DNA of 64,000 nucleotides. Source: Minisyncoccia bacterium. GTDB taxonomy: Bacteria; Patescibacteriota; Minisyncoccia; Moranbacterales; GCA-2747515. Made by a program: the position numbers and the translations under genes. The notes beneath the pieces are model-generated. The model had not been told where the DNA came from and searched no databases. It saw only the letters and a list, made by a program, of their open reading frames with translations. This document shows, piece by piece, positions 9,524 through 18,355 of this stretch (its first letter is position 1; each line of letters opens with the position of its first letter). Location of the stretch: positions 193,899-257,898 of the forward strand of contig JBGSQF010000013.1 in NCBI GenBank assembly GCA_041738235.1, read 5' to 3'.

Positions 9524-9982
9524 GTGAATAAAACACCTGTAGAACTGGCGAGCATGCCCCCAGAAGCATTCCACGATCACCTCCTGGGAATCCTTCAGGA
9601 AATGCTCAGCCAGAACGAAAGTGGCGACGCTCCCGACAGAGGATTTTCCAATGCCGGTATCAACGATGAGGTTGATCGTGCTGCCCTGGGGATGCATCGA
9701 GAAACAGCTCAAGGATTCAGACAGATGAAAGGTGCCAACAAGGAGGAGTGTCGGGAAGCTCTCGATCGGATCAAGCACCACCCCGCGGAGATCGAAGTTT
9801 GTCAGAGCGGACTGGATGAGGACGATGGCTGTGAAGGGATCATTAGTCGGGCCCGACTTCAAGCCTACCCAATGACAACCCTTTGCAGGAACTGCCAGGA
9901 AAGGGCGGAGCGCAAAGATCCTTCCAATGGGAGAAACCGAATCGTACATCGACCCATCCGGATAGGAATGCTCAAGACATAG
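9524..9982 (+). CDS. DksA/TraR-family C4 zinc-finger protein
   Basis: C-terminal CQSGLDEDDGCEGIISRARLQAYPMTTLCRNCQ matches CxxC-(17)-CxxC with the conserved I..RL.A.P motif of the DksA/TraR finger. The gene sits in a visibly GC-rich island. The first codon is GTG; an alternative ATG is at 9554. Confidence 0.65.
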   Translation: MNKTPVELASMPPEAFHDHLLGILQEMLSQNESGDAPDRGFSNAGINDEVDRAALGMHRETAQGFRQMKGANKEECREALDRIKHHPAEIEVCQSGLDEDDGCEGIISRARLQAYPMTTLCRNCQERAERKDPSNGRNRIVHRPIRIGMLKT

Positions 9983-10123
9983 CGCTTCCCTCGAAAATTC
10001 CATCGATAAACACGTGAGACTCAAGAGCAACAAAGATTGCCTGAACTCATGACCTAGTGTTTTTATCGATGGATATCGTAGACAGGGTTACTAGGTCCCC
10101 CGCCCGTCTACACCATCATTCAT

Positions 10124-10160
10124 GGACAGTCTTTCCCGCAGGAGCTGTCCATGTTTTTTA
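10124..10160 (+). terminator. Intrinsic terminator after the DksA/TraR gene
   Basis: GGACAG-13 nt loop-CTGTCC followed by TGTTTTTTATT. Confidence 0.45.
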
Positions 10161-10217
10161 TTCTTCAAAAAAATGCTTATGAAAAAATCTGAGACAAAAA
10201 ATATCTATCCTTCAAAC

Positions 10218-11936
10218 TCATTTCTTGTCACTTGTTGCCTGTTGTAATCCCTTGATCATTATCTGCACACTCCGTCTTCCGTTCCAAACGTTTTCCTGAA
10301 TATTGCCCACTACATCGACCACCGCACCACTTGTCCAGGTTGTTTCTCCCCCTCCAAGATGAAATCCGATCCCATCCACAAAACGCTTTTGTTCTCCGTT
10401 TGACACTTCCAAGATCATTTTGAGATGTTTTTCCCCGTTTCCCACATATCTCGTCTCACGAATGATTGCATGAGGAATACAAAACAAGGGTTCGACATTT
10501 CCGATCCCAAATGGCTCGAACTGTTTGAGAAGTCTCACGAAGTCCAATGTAAAAAAATCCAACTCCGCGACGGCGTCTACCTCTTCCTGTATTTCCCTGC
10601 CTAAGTCGCTCTCCTTCATCATTTCTGATACTTGCGCGTGAAATCGCTCATGAAACGCATCGAGATTTTCGTTTTTTATGATCATCCCCGCAGCTTGCTC
10701 ATGTCCTCCATATCGCACTAGTAAATCTCGACACGCCTCTATGGCGCGTATCACACTCACCCCGGGAATACTCCGAAATGATCCGTGACTTTCTGCTTCT
10801 CCCCGCGTAAGGATCGCCGTTGGCTTTTTGAACTCATCGGCTATGCGCCCCGCTACCAACCCTACGATCCCCAAAGGATAATGAGGTTCAGCAGAAACGA
10901 TACACTGCTTATCAATGAATTTCTCACGCACCAAGATCCGTACCTCATCAGTGATCTTTGCCGTTATCTTTTGGCGATCTTTATTATGTTTCTCCAAAGT
11001 CTGGGCAAGTTCGTGCGCACGGTCACGGTCTTTGGTCACCAAGAGTTCATGTGCCACTTTTGCATGCGCCATACGCCCGGCAGCGTTGATCCGTGGCGCA
11101 ATAGAAAATCCTATCGTTTCGGCATTGGGTAGATTTTCCTCGCCAATGCGCATACGTCCAACGGTATACAGTTCCTGCAATCCCGCTCTTCGAGTCTTTG
11201 AAAGCACAATGAGCCCATACTTCACAAGCACACGATTTTCTCCGATTATCGGCATACAGTCCGCTACCGTTCCAACCGCTACTAGATCCAATAGCCATTT
11301 TAATTGGTCTTCTTTTTCTGGCGCAAGTTTCTGATAAACACCCTGCATCACCTTGAACGCCGTTCCCGCGCCACATAGCTCACGGAAAGGATACCCTGAC
11401 TCAGGCATTTTCGGATTGATACTCACTAGTGCCGGTGGAAGCACTTTGGGAATATGGTGGTGATCGATCACTACCACGTCCATTCCGTGTTCCTTGGCCC
11501 ACAAGATCTCATCATAATTCGATATCCCACAATCCACGGTGAATACCAATGACACACCATTGTCCAAAAAATATTGCATGCCCAAAATACTCACCCCATG
11601 CCCCTCAACATTTTTGTCAGGAATATACACGAGCGCTTCAAGCCCCAATACTTCCAGCCCTTCACAAAGGATCGCTGATCCCGTAACTCCATCTGCGTCA
11701 AAATCCCCAAACACGCCTACTTTTTCTTTTTTTTGCAAAGCAACCTGGATGCGATCGACGACGTCACTCATGCCCACGAACAAAAATGGATCGTGAAGAT
11801 GTGTTTCATAATCGGGAAAGAAAAATTGATCACGCTCCTCACTCGTCAAAATACCTCTTTTTTCAAGAAGTCTTTTGACTATTGGATGCTCCAAAATACC
11901 ACTCGGTGTATTTCTCCCAGCTTTTTTAGGATCCAT
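10218..11936 (-). CDS. recJ: Single-stranded-DNA-specific exonuclease RecJ
   Basis: DHH motifs GDFDADGVTG and VIDHHH, plus DHHA1 region (GGHEQAAG). Confidence 0.9.
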   Translation of the reverse strand: MDPKKAGRNTPSGILEHPIVKRLLEKRGILTSEERDQFFFPDYETHLHDPFLFVGMSDVVDRIQVALQKKEKVGVFGDFDADGVTGSAILCEGLEVLGLEALVYIPDKNVEGHGVSILGMQYFLDNGVSLVFTVDCGISNYDEILWAKEHGMDVVVIDHHHIPKVLPPALVSINPKMPESGYPFRELCGAGTAFKVMQGVYQKLAPEKEDQLKWLLDLVAVGTVADCMPIIGENRVLVKYGLIVLSKTRRAGLQELYTVGRMRIGEENLPNAETIGFSIAPRINAAGRMAHAKVAHELLVTKDRDRAHELAQTLEKHNKDRQKITAKITDEVRILVREKFIDKQCIVSAEPHYPLGIVGLVAGRIADEFKKPTAILTRGEAESHGSFRSIPGVSVIRAIEACRDLLVRYGGHEQAAGMIIKNENLDAFHERFHAQVSEMMKESDLGREIQEEVDAVAELDFFTLDFVRLLKQFEPFGIGNVEPLFCIPHAIIRETRYVGNGEKHLKMILEVSNGEQKRFVDGIGFHLGGGETTWTSGAVVDVVGNIQENVWNGRRSVQIMIKGLQQATSDKK

Positions 11937-11978
11937 ATTCGGTGTTTTTATGCTTTGTCAGGAACTCTTCGTCACTCG

Positions 11979-12548
11979 CTAAACTTGTCTCCATCCACAA
12001 CGAGGACAAACGAATTGTGTCGTATGCACGCCCTTTGCCCCAACTTGCAGTTTTAAGATCATGGGCTCATTGCACTCGGCACATTGAAAATGTCCATTAA
12101 AGCTTAGGTCTCGAGCCAAACGTTGTGCATCGAGATTATATTTATCAAAATCCAGCGCGTATTCAGACCCTTCCGCAAATATCGCAGACACAAGGTCCAC
12201 CACCTCTCCGGGAGTCGTGAAATCACGGATAATGAATTCTTTCACCCCAAGATCATTGGCTCGCTTCCGATCTTCCTCTCGTCCAAGGTGAGAAGACATA
12301 AAAAATGGAATATTGGCCGTCAAAACATTTTTCTTAAGTGTCTCGATAAGCGTAAAACCATCCATTCGCGGCATAACAATACCCGTAAATATCACATCTG
12401 GCATTTTGGTCGTTGCCACATCCACTCCCTCAACTCCGTCGTTGGCCTCCAATACCTCAAACCCAGATTGACGAAATATATCCGCATACATCTCTCGCGT
12501 AAACACATCATCATCAACGATCAGAACCTTCCTTTTTGTTTTATTCAT
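11979..12548 (-). CDS. Stand-alone response-regulator receiver domain with a C-terminal zinc ribbon
   Basis: Start chosen at MNKTKRKVLIVDDD. The CheY-like receiver has the phospho-acceptor Asp region (VIFTGIVMPRMDG). The C-terminus CAECN...CPRCGW is a Zn ribbon and no HTH output domain is present. The upstream 29 codons of the ORF-track call overlap the ABC exporter. Confidence 0.7.
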   Translation of the reverse strand: MNKTKRKVLIVDDDVFTREMYADIFRQSGFEVLEANDGVEGVDVATTKMPDVIFTGIVMPRMDGFTLIETLKKNVLTANIPFFMSSHLGREEDRKRANDLGVKEFIIRDFTTPGEVVDLVSAIFAEGSEYALDFDKYNLDAQRLARDLSFNGHFQCAECNEPMILKLQVGAKGVHTTQFVCPRCGWRQV

Positions 12549-12598
12549 AGAACACCTCTTAAACAAATAAAATAGCCTGCGTAAAGTATACCACAAAT

Positions 12599-14365
12599 TT
12601 AATCTCCAATAAACCCGCCGGCCTGCTGCTTCCAAAATGTTGCGTATACCCCCCCTTGATCCACAAGGTCTTTATGCCTCCCCTCTTCCACTACCCTTCC
12701 ATTTTCCACAACTAAAATACGATCCATTTTTTGTATCGTGCTTAAGCGGTGCGCAATAACGATCGTCGTTCGCTCCCTCATAAGTGCATCCAATGCCTCT
12801 TGAATATACTTCTCGCTCATGCTATCCAGTGAACTGGTTGCCTCATCAAGCACTAAGATCGGAGCATCCTTGAGCATCGCTCGAGCGATCGCCACGCGTT
12901 GCCTCTCACCGCCAGAGAGCTTCACGCCCCGCTCTCCCACCAACGTATCGTATCCTTTGGGAAGACTTTCAATAAACTCATGTGCACGAGCCTGCTTGGC
13001 GACAGCAATGATCTCTTCGTCAGTTGCTCCCAACCTTCCATAGGCAATGTTTTCTCGAAGTGTTCGATGAAAAAGAAGGGGTTCTTGTGGAACATAGGAG
13101 ATGCTCCTCCGCAGATCATCCTGACGAATCCGTCGAATGTTCTGTCCATCAATAAGCACCGCTCCGCTGGACACATCCAAGAAGCGAAGGAGTATTTTTG
13201 TGATTGTGGTCTTTCCAGCGCCACTGTGCCCAACAAGCCCAACCTTCTCCCCAGGATGGATATGCAAAGAAAAGTTCTCAAATATCTTTCGATTCCCCTT
13301 TTCATAAACAAAAGACACCTCTTTAAATGCAATATCACCTTTTGTGATATGACACTCTTCAGAGCGTTTTGGATCCCGTACTGAAGGTCTCTTTTCAAAG
13401 ATCTCCACCATTTCCTTCGCATCCGAAAGGGATTTCTCGATATCCATAAGAGCGCGACCAAATCCCCATACCGCGTCGAACGTTCCAAATATATATATCT
13501 GCACAAGCATGATCGTACCCACAGATACCTGTCCTTTGCCCCAAAGGTACACTGTAAAATACATGATCCCAAACTCCAGCACGATAAATAAAGCACCCTG
13601 AATGGCTATTGAATAATTTCTCATAAGCCATGCTCTTCGACGAACACGCTCCCAAAGAGAGGTTGTTTGTTTAAAAGATCGAAGTTCCCGACTTTTTAAG
13701 CCAAACAACTTTATTGTCAACGTATTGCTCACTGTATCCGCGTATTGCGCGATAGACCGAGAGTCCATACTTGCCTCTTCAAGATCATACGGCATCTTTT
13801 TTCGAGAAAAGTATAAGGACAACCAAATAAATAAAACGATCCAGATAAAGTACAATAAACCAATGATCGGCACACTCAAAAGCAACACGATCAGTGACCC
13901 GATCGCCTGAACGGAACGAAATACAATATGCCAAAGAAAGTTATTAAACACCGAGGAAAAAGATCCAATAAATCTCTTGGTCTTCGATACCAATGATCCC
14001 GAAAAATTATCTGCGAAAAAGACATAAGATTGTTCATGCACTTTCTGAAATGCGTAATCGGCAAGATCCCGAAGAACATTACTTTCAAAAAAAACACCAA
14101 AATAATCTCCGAGACGAAACAAGACATTATAAATGATAATAGCCCCTCCCAATACCCACACCCACATAAAAATACTCGAAATAGCCTCATCACTCATAAC
14201 ACCAAGGGATGCCACATCAATTATTTCTTTGTAGATCAAGGGCACGATCGTATTGGCCAATATGCCGGCTATAACATACAACACAAAAACGGCGATCCCT
14301 GATCTTGGATATTTTCTGGCTTGTAACCAATAATACTTAAGTATGGTGCGCAGCGCTCTGTTCAC
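12599..14365 (-). CDS. ABC transporter, fused permease/ATPase exporter (MsbA-like)
   Basis: Six N-terminal TM segments plus the NBD, with Walker A GHSGAGKTT, signature LSGGERQRVAIARA and Walker B ILVLDEATS. Confidence 0.9.
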   Translation of the reverse strand: MNRALRTILKYYWLQARKYPRSGIAVFVLYVIAGILANTIVPLIYKEIIDVASLGVMSDEAISSIFMWVWVLGGAIIIYNVLFRLGDYFGVFFESNVLRDLADYAFQKVHEQSYVFFADNFSGSLVSKTKRFIGSFSSVFNNFLWHIVFRSVQAIGSLIVLLLSVPIIGLLYFIWIVLFIWLSLYFSRKKMPYDLEEASMDSRSIAQYADTVSNTLTIKLFGLKSRELRSFKQTTSLWERVRRRAWLMRNYSIAIQGALFIVLEFGIMYFTVYLWGKGQVSVGTIMLVQIYIFGTFDAVWGFGRALMDIEKSLSDAKEMVEIFEKRPSVRDPKRSEECHITKGDIAFKEVSFVYEKGNRKIFENFSLHIHPGEKVGLVGHSGAGKTTITKILLRFLDVSSGAVLIDGQNIRRIRQDDLRRSISYVPQEPLLFHRTLRENIAYGRLGATDEEIIAVAKQARAHEFIESLPKGYDTLVGERGVKLSGGERQRVAIARAMLKDAPILVLDEATSSLDSMSEKYIQEALDALMRERTTIVIAHRLSTIQKMDRILVVENGRVVEEGRHKDLVDQGGVYATFWKQQAGGFIGD

Positions 14366-14400
14366 AAAGAATCGTTAATGCCAATTTGAGTTAAAAATAT

Positions 14401-14865
14401 TCACCACGTGATCCTCTTATATCTTCCCATAAGTTCTGCCTGCTCGAGCATGTGTCCTTCGATAGCACGGAGTAGCTCTGCTTTCGAAGAATCTCTTTCG
14501 AGATCAAGGACAACATCAAGTGCATATAACCGAAAAAAATACCGATGCTCTCGATCTGGCGGACAGGGCGGTGTCCAGTCATGACGACCGCTCGTATTAA
14601 TACCAATAGTGCCAACTGGAACTCCTCCCTCAGTTATACCCTGTGTTTCAGGCGACATATTCCACACAAGCCAGTGGTTCCACATTCCATCCTCACGAAC
14701 ATACTGCGGAACATCCGGATCTTCCACAATAAGAACCAAAGATACCGCGTTCTGAGGAACACCTTCAAATACAAGCGGTGGACTGACACGCTCTCCGTCA
14801 CACGTGTATTTCGAGGGGATCCTCTCTCCGTTCTTGAATTGTGTACTCGTGATCTGCATATTCAT
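14401..14865 (-). CDS. YbhB/YbcL-family PEBP (Raf kinase inhibitor-like) protein
   Basis: The HRYFFRLYALD and DPDVP motifs are diagnostic of bacterial PEBP. Confidence 0.85.
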   Translation of the reverse strand: MNMQITSTQFKNGERIPSKYTCDGERVSPPLVFEGVPQNAVSLVLIVEDPDVPQYVREDGMWNHWLVWNMSPETQGITEGGVPVGTIGINTSGRHDWTPPCPPDREHRYFFRLYALDVVLDLERDSSKAELLRAIEGHMLEQAELMGRYKRITW

Positions 14866-14961
14866 AATTTGAAATATTGTGAACTGACCACTCGTAGTAT
14901 CTTGGATGGGTTACATAAAAAGACAATTGCCACACCACTCATTATACACTATACTCACCCT

Positions 14962-15903
14962 ATGCCCATACTTGAAATAAAAGATCTCGAAAAAAAGTAT
15001 ACCAACAGTGTACAGGCACTCAAAAATGTTACTCTTAACATCAACAAGGGAGAACTTTTTGCACTCCTTGGACCCAACGGTGCAGGAAAAACCACGCTCA
15101 TTGGTATTGTTTGTGGGACAGTTCGCAAAACAGGTGGCACGATCATGGTAGATGGACACGATGCGGAAAGTAATTGGCGTGCGGTGCGTCAACTTATCGG
15201 ATATGTTCCTCAAGAACTCACGCTCAATCCATTCGACACCGTATGGGACACTCTCTTTTATCAACGTGGCTTCTACGGACGTCCGCGAAATGATGCTCTC
15301 CTTGAAAAGATCCTCAAAGACCTTTCTCTCTGGGATAAAAGAAGATCCATGATCCGTGAACTCTCGGGGGGCATGAAACGACGCGTGCTCATCGGCAAGG
15401 CCCTCACCAATGAACCCCGGATACTTTTTCTCGATGAGCCCTCGGCAGGAGTAGATGTGGAACTCCGCAAAGGCATGTGGGATTTCGTGGGCAAACTTAA
15501 GACAGAAGGCGTAACCGTTGTTCTTACCACACACTATCTCGAAGAAGCGGAGTTACTTGCCGATCGCATCGGCATCATCCGAGAAGGAGAGCTAGCCTTT
15601 GTAGAAGAAAAACAAGCGCTTCTTCATCGATTTGGCGAAAAAACGCTCACCCTTTTTCTTGAAAAGCCCATCGACACTATCCCCCCTTCACTCAAAGGTT
15701 TTGACCTGATCCTTTCGGAAAACAAAAAAAATCTGATATATCACTACTCCAAAGGTCAAACGAACGTCACGGATCTTTTAAAAAACCTCCACAGTGAACG
15801 AATTTTCTACCAGAATATGGAAACGGCAACCAGCTCACTTGAAGACATTTTCTTACAGCTCATAGAAAAAAAGGGGGAGACCCAGAAAATCACAAATCTC
15901 TAA
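14962..15903 (+). CDS. ABC transporter ATP-binding protein
   Basis: Start set at MPILEIKDLEKKY (ATG 14962). Walker A GPNGAGKTT, signature LSGGMKRR and Walker B LFLDEPSAG are present. The upstream 139 codons of the ORF-track call have no support. Confidence 0.9.
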   Translation: MPILEIKDLEKKYTNSVQALKNVTLNINKGELFALLGPNGAGKTTLIGIVCGTVRKTGGTIMVDGHDAESNWRAVRQLIGYVPQELTLNPFDTVWDTLFYQRGFYGRPRNDALLEKILKDLSLWDKRRSMIRELSGGMKRRVLIGKALTNEPRILFLDEPSAGVDVELRKGMWDFVGKLKTEGVTVVLTTHYLEEAELLADRIGIIREGELAFVEEKQALLHRFGEKTLTLFLEKPIDTIPPSLKGFDLILSENKKNLIYHYSKGQTNVTDLLKNLHSERIFYQNMETATSSLEDIFLQLIEKKGETQKITNL

Positions 15904-15914
15904 GACTTGCCCAT

Positions 15915-16676
15915 ATGAATTGGATCGGACTCAAAATGATCATTTGGAAAGAGTTGCAACGAACGCGACAAGTCTTTTTGCAAGCCGTGCTTTCCCCATT
16001 TCTCAGCACATTTTTGTATTTTATCGTGTTTGGAACGGCTATTGGGTCACAAATTGGAACCGTATCAGGCGTTTCCTATGGGCAATTCATTGTTCCCGGA
16101 ATGATGGCTATGGCGATCGTTATGAACTCCGTACTGGCCGCATCCAGCGGGATCTATTTCTTGCGTTTTATGGGAACGATCAATGATCTACTCACCGCAC
16201 CCCTTTCTTATATAGAGATCGTTCTCGGTTTCTCCATTGCTTCAGCGGCACGCACATCACTTATCTCAGCACTGATCTACCTTACAGCCCTACTCTTCGT
16301 ACCACTTCCAATAGCGCATCCTTTTTGGTTCTTCTTTTTTCTCTTTGGAAGTGCGATGGGATTTTCTTTTTTTGGTCTTCTGCTGGGTATCTGGGCAAAG
16401 GATTTCGAGCAACTCTCCTTTGTCCCCACCATCATTATCACCCCCTTGAGCTTCTTGGGTGGGGTTTTTTATTCTCTTACGATGCTTCCCCCTCTTTGGC
16501 AAAAACTTACTCTTATCAATCCTCTCTTCTATTTGGTGGACGCCTTACGCTATAGCTTACTCGGTATCTCTTCAACATCGCTTACCATCAGTATTCTCTT
16601 TATCCTAGTGCTTTGGATAGTCCCACTGATCTTACTCAGAAAGATATTCTTGTCAGGATATAAAATACGAAATTAG
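15915..16676 (+). CDS. ABC-2 type transporter permease
   Basis: Six-TM, 253-aa protein immediately downstream of the ABC ATPase. Confidence 0.8.
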   Translation: MNWIGLKMIIWKELQRTRQVFLQAVLSPFLSTFLYFIVFGTAIGSQIGTVSGVSYGQFIVPGMMAMAIVMNSVLAASSGIYFLRFMGTINDLLTAPLSYIEIVLGFSIASAARTSLISALIYLTALLFVPLPIAHPFWFFFFLFGSAMGFSFFGLLLGIWAKDFEQLSFVPTIIITPLSFLGGVFYSLTMLPPLWQKLTLINPLFYLVDALRYSLLGISSTSLTISILFILVLWIVPLILLRKIFLSGYKIRN

Positions 16677-16699
16677 GAATGCCTTTAAAAAACTTGTCG

Positions 16700-16752
16700 A
16701 AAAATAAAACAGGCGCACCGAAGGAATCCCTTCCTTTGGCACGCCTTTTTTT
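16700..16752. terminator. Hairpin plus flanking T-runs between the ABC permease (+) and small ORF 16771..17013 (-)
   Basis: AGGCGCACC...GGCACGCCT pairs perfectly only as RNA from the minus strand (G-U wobbles). U-runs flank it on both sides. Confidence 0.4.
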
Positions 16753-16770
16753 GCATTGGGTCAGGCAGAG

Positions 16771-17013
16771 TTACTGTCTAGCCCGCTCAAAATGTCCCAG
16801 TGGTGCCGGAGGAGGAAGTCCCCCATCCCGTTCATCACCGAACAATATTTGCCCTCTGCCGGCATTTACAGCCGCCGCATCGAGCTGATTCTGAGCCCTC
16901 TTCTTGTATTCCTTTTCCTCCGTTGTTTCCTTATCAGGCTGGTTGTCGTACTGCGATGTCACCGTCTTTTCCTCCGCCCATTTGGGCATGTTGTTCCATG
17001 CGGAACTCCACAT
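16771..17013 (-). CDS. Small hypothetical protein (first gene of the small-protein array)
   Basis: 80-aa ORF with a terminator hairpin directly 3' on the minus strand. Confidence 0.35.
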   Translation of the reverse strand: MWSSAWNNMPKWAEEKTVTSQYDNQPDKETTEEKEYKKRAQNQLDAAAVNAGRGQILFGDERDGGLPPPAPLGHFERARQ

Positions 17014-17094
17014 GGACGCTTTTGTAAATATAGACCCCCTAACTGAGGTTGGCGCTCTCGCTGAGAAGCTTCTTTTTGAAAGCGCCTCACCACA

Positions 17095-17385
17095 TTAGGT
17101 CGGCCGAGCGTTTATGCGCGCTCTCTCCGCCTCGAGTCGAGCAACCCACTGGCGAAGTTGAGCATTGGTGGTTTCGAGGTCGCCAACCTGGGCCGCGAGA
17201 GTGGCATTCCTCCCCCGCTCTACAGCGAGCTCCAACGTAAGGTTCTGAACCTGCTGCTCACTGAGCGCCGAGGCACTCCCAAGCATCGCTATTTTCGTAT
17301 TTGCTTGCCCCAGTTCAGCCGCAAGGCGAGTATTTTCGGCAAGATACTTCTTTTCGTCAGGCGTCATATTTGCTCCGATTGCCAT
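17095..17385 (-). CDS. Small coiled-coil protein
   Basis: 96 aa with heptad-like LxxLxxE repeats (...LTLELAVERGRNATLAAQVGDLETTNAQLRQWVARLEAERAR). It has its own sigma70-like promoter. Confidence 0.5.
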   Translation of the reverse strand: MAIGANMTPDEKKYLAENTRLAAELGQANTKIAMLGSASALSEQQVQNLTLELAVERGRNATLAAQVGDLETTNAQLRQWVARLEAERARINARPT

Positions 17386-17424
17386 TCAAACTTATCCCAC
17401 GGGGATCCGTAGGAATACATTCTT

Positions 17425-17453
17425 ACCCTAGGTCGTTTTTTGCTTGTCGTCAA
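17425..17453 (-). promoter_or_regulatory. Sigma70-like promoter TTGACG-17-TAGGGT for gene 17095..17385
   Basis: Minus-strand read gives -35 TTGACG (17448-17453), a 17-nt spacer and -10 TAGGGT (17425-17430), about 30 nt upstream of the ATG. An almost identical copy sits at 17802-17830. Confidence 0.5.
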
Positions 17454-17455
17454 CC

Positions 17456-17517
17456 TCAAAAAAAGCGAAAACCGGCACAGTCACTGAAAAGGATCTCCCT
17501 TCCTGACCGTGCCGGTT
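17456..17517 (-). terminator. Intrinsic terminator of gene 17538..17768
   Basis: Stem AACCGGCAC/GTGCCGGTT followed on the minus strand by UUUUCGCUUUUUUU. Confidence 0.55.
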
Positions 17518-17537
17518 GATTTTCCCTGCTCTCCTAT

Positions 17538-17768
17538 TTAGGGGTCATCCCCCTCGAGACGGATCCTCCTGTTTAGCCCCCCAAGCCGTCCATTTTCCAA
17601 CTCCAACTCCCGAATTCGTTTTTGTGTTTCAGTAAGCTGGATGAGAAGGCTCGTATTTCGATCAAGAGCGTCCGAGAGCTTACTCACAAGAGCTTCGATG
17701 CGCCTCTCGTAATCATCGCGTGTATTTTTTTCATCGGTCATCACGCGTATCTCCACTTGTCCTATCAA
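17538..17768 (-). CDS. Small coiled-coil protein; the real start is probably MTDEK at 17741
   Basis: 76 aa and coiled-coil (LTETQKRIRELELENGRL). The MTDEK N-terminus resembles the MTPDEK of the neighbouring gene. Confidence 0.5.
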   Translation of the reverse strand: MIGQVEIRVMTDEKNTRDDYERRIEALVSKLSDALDRNTSLLIQLTETQKRIRELELENGRLGGLNRRIRLEGDDP

Positions 17769-17801
17769 TGTCTCGCAAGACTCTGCGAGAATACCTTTTT
17801 A

Positions 17802-17830
17802 CCCTAGGTTGTTTTATAAATATCGTCAAC
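17802..17830 (-). promoter_or_regulatory. Second copy of the TTGACG-17-TAGGGT promoter, for gene 17538..17768
   Basis: Same -35/-10 hexamers and the same 17-nt spacing as the 17425-17453 copy. Confidence 0.5.
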
Positions 17831-17835
17831 TTCAT

Positions 17836-17887
17836 AAAAAGCGAAAACCGGCACGTCGTTGGGATACTACCCATTGACCGTGCCGGC
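17836..17887 (-). terminator. Intrinsic terminator of gene 17910..18308, with an AUACUA hexaloop
   Basis: Stem CCGGCACG/CGTGCCGG with inner GGG-AUACUA-CCC, followed by a U-run (minus strand). Confidence 0.55.
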
Positions 17888-17909
17888 GTAACCGAGACGC
17901 GAGGCGAAG

Positions 17910-18308
17910 CTAAATTACATGCTCGCCCGCAACCTCATAGAAATTCCACCAACGAGTGACCCCCTCCTGAGGACGCTCGTTGTGATGGAAAACAGGGAGT
18001 TGACTCCGGAGCGCGATAACCTCGAGATGAAGACGCTCACGCTCTGCCTCTAGGTACTGAACCTCTTGGGACAGCTCTGTGTTTTCCCGCTCAAAGCGCC
18101 TGATCTTCTTGTCCTTTTCTTTCGCTTCATTTTGTAGCGCTGACACCATCCTTGTGAGACGTGCTATTTCCCCTTTGGAGCTCCCTTTTTGTTCTCCTTT
18201 GCCCTTTCCATTTACCCCGGGATCATCTCCCCAGCTCATGCTCATATCTTCTCCCTCGCCTCGTTGGGCGATTTGTTGACCAAAAACGAAACCTTTCAAA
18301 AAACCCAT
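17910..18308 (-). CDS. Small coiled-coil protein with a Gly/Lys-rich N-terminal segment
   Basis: 132 aa; ...IARLTRMVSALQNEAKEKDKKIRRFERENTELSQEVQYLEAERERLHLEVIALRSQL. A TTGACA-17-TATTGT promoter lies at 18327-18355 on the minus strand. Confidence 0.5.
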   Translation of the reverse strand: MGFLKGFVFGQQIAQRGEGEDMSMSWGDDPGVNGKGKGEQKGSSKGEIARLTRMVSALQNEAKEKDKKIRRFERENTELSQEVQYLEAERERLHLEVIALRSQLPVFHHNERPQEGVTRWWNFYEVAGEHVI

Positions 18309-18326
18309 GTTTCAGAAAGATGAAAA

Positions 18327-18355
18327 GACAATACCCTTTTTCTCGTACTTTGTCA
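18327..18355 (-). promoter_or_regulatory. Sigma70-like promoter TTGACA-17-TATTGT for gene 17910..18308
   Basis: Read on the minus strand; positioned about 20 nt upstream of the ATG at 18308. Confidence 0.45.

Noticed and set aside
9443-10033. 196-aa minus-strand ORF overlapping the DksA/TraR gene
   Set aside because: It is antisense to an ORF with a clear zinc-finger motif and shows no domain signal. High-GC regions generate long spurious antisense ORFs.
12549-12635. 29-codon N-terminal extension of the response regulator
   Set aside because: It overlaps the ABC exporter gene on the same strand. The receiver domain starts cleanly at MNKTKRKVLIVDDD.
14545-14961. Upstream 139 codons of the ORF-track call for the ABC ATPase
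   Set aside because: The extension overlaps the convergent PEBP gene and has no motifs. A canonical ABC N-terminus begins at MPILEIKDLEKKY (14962).
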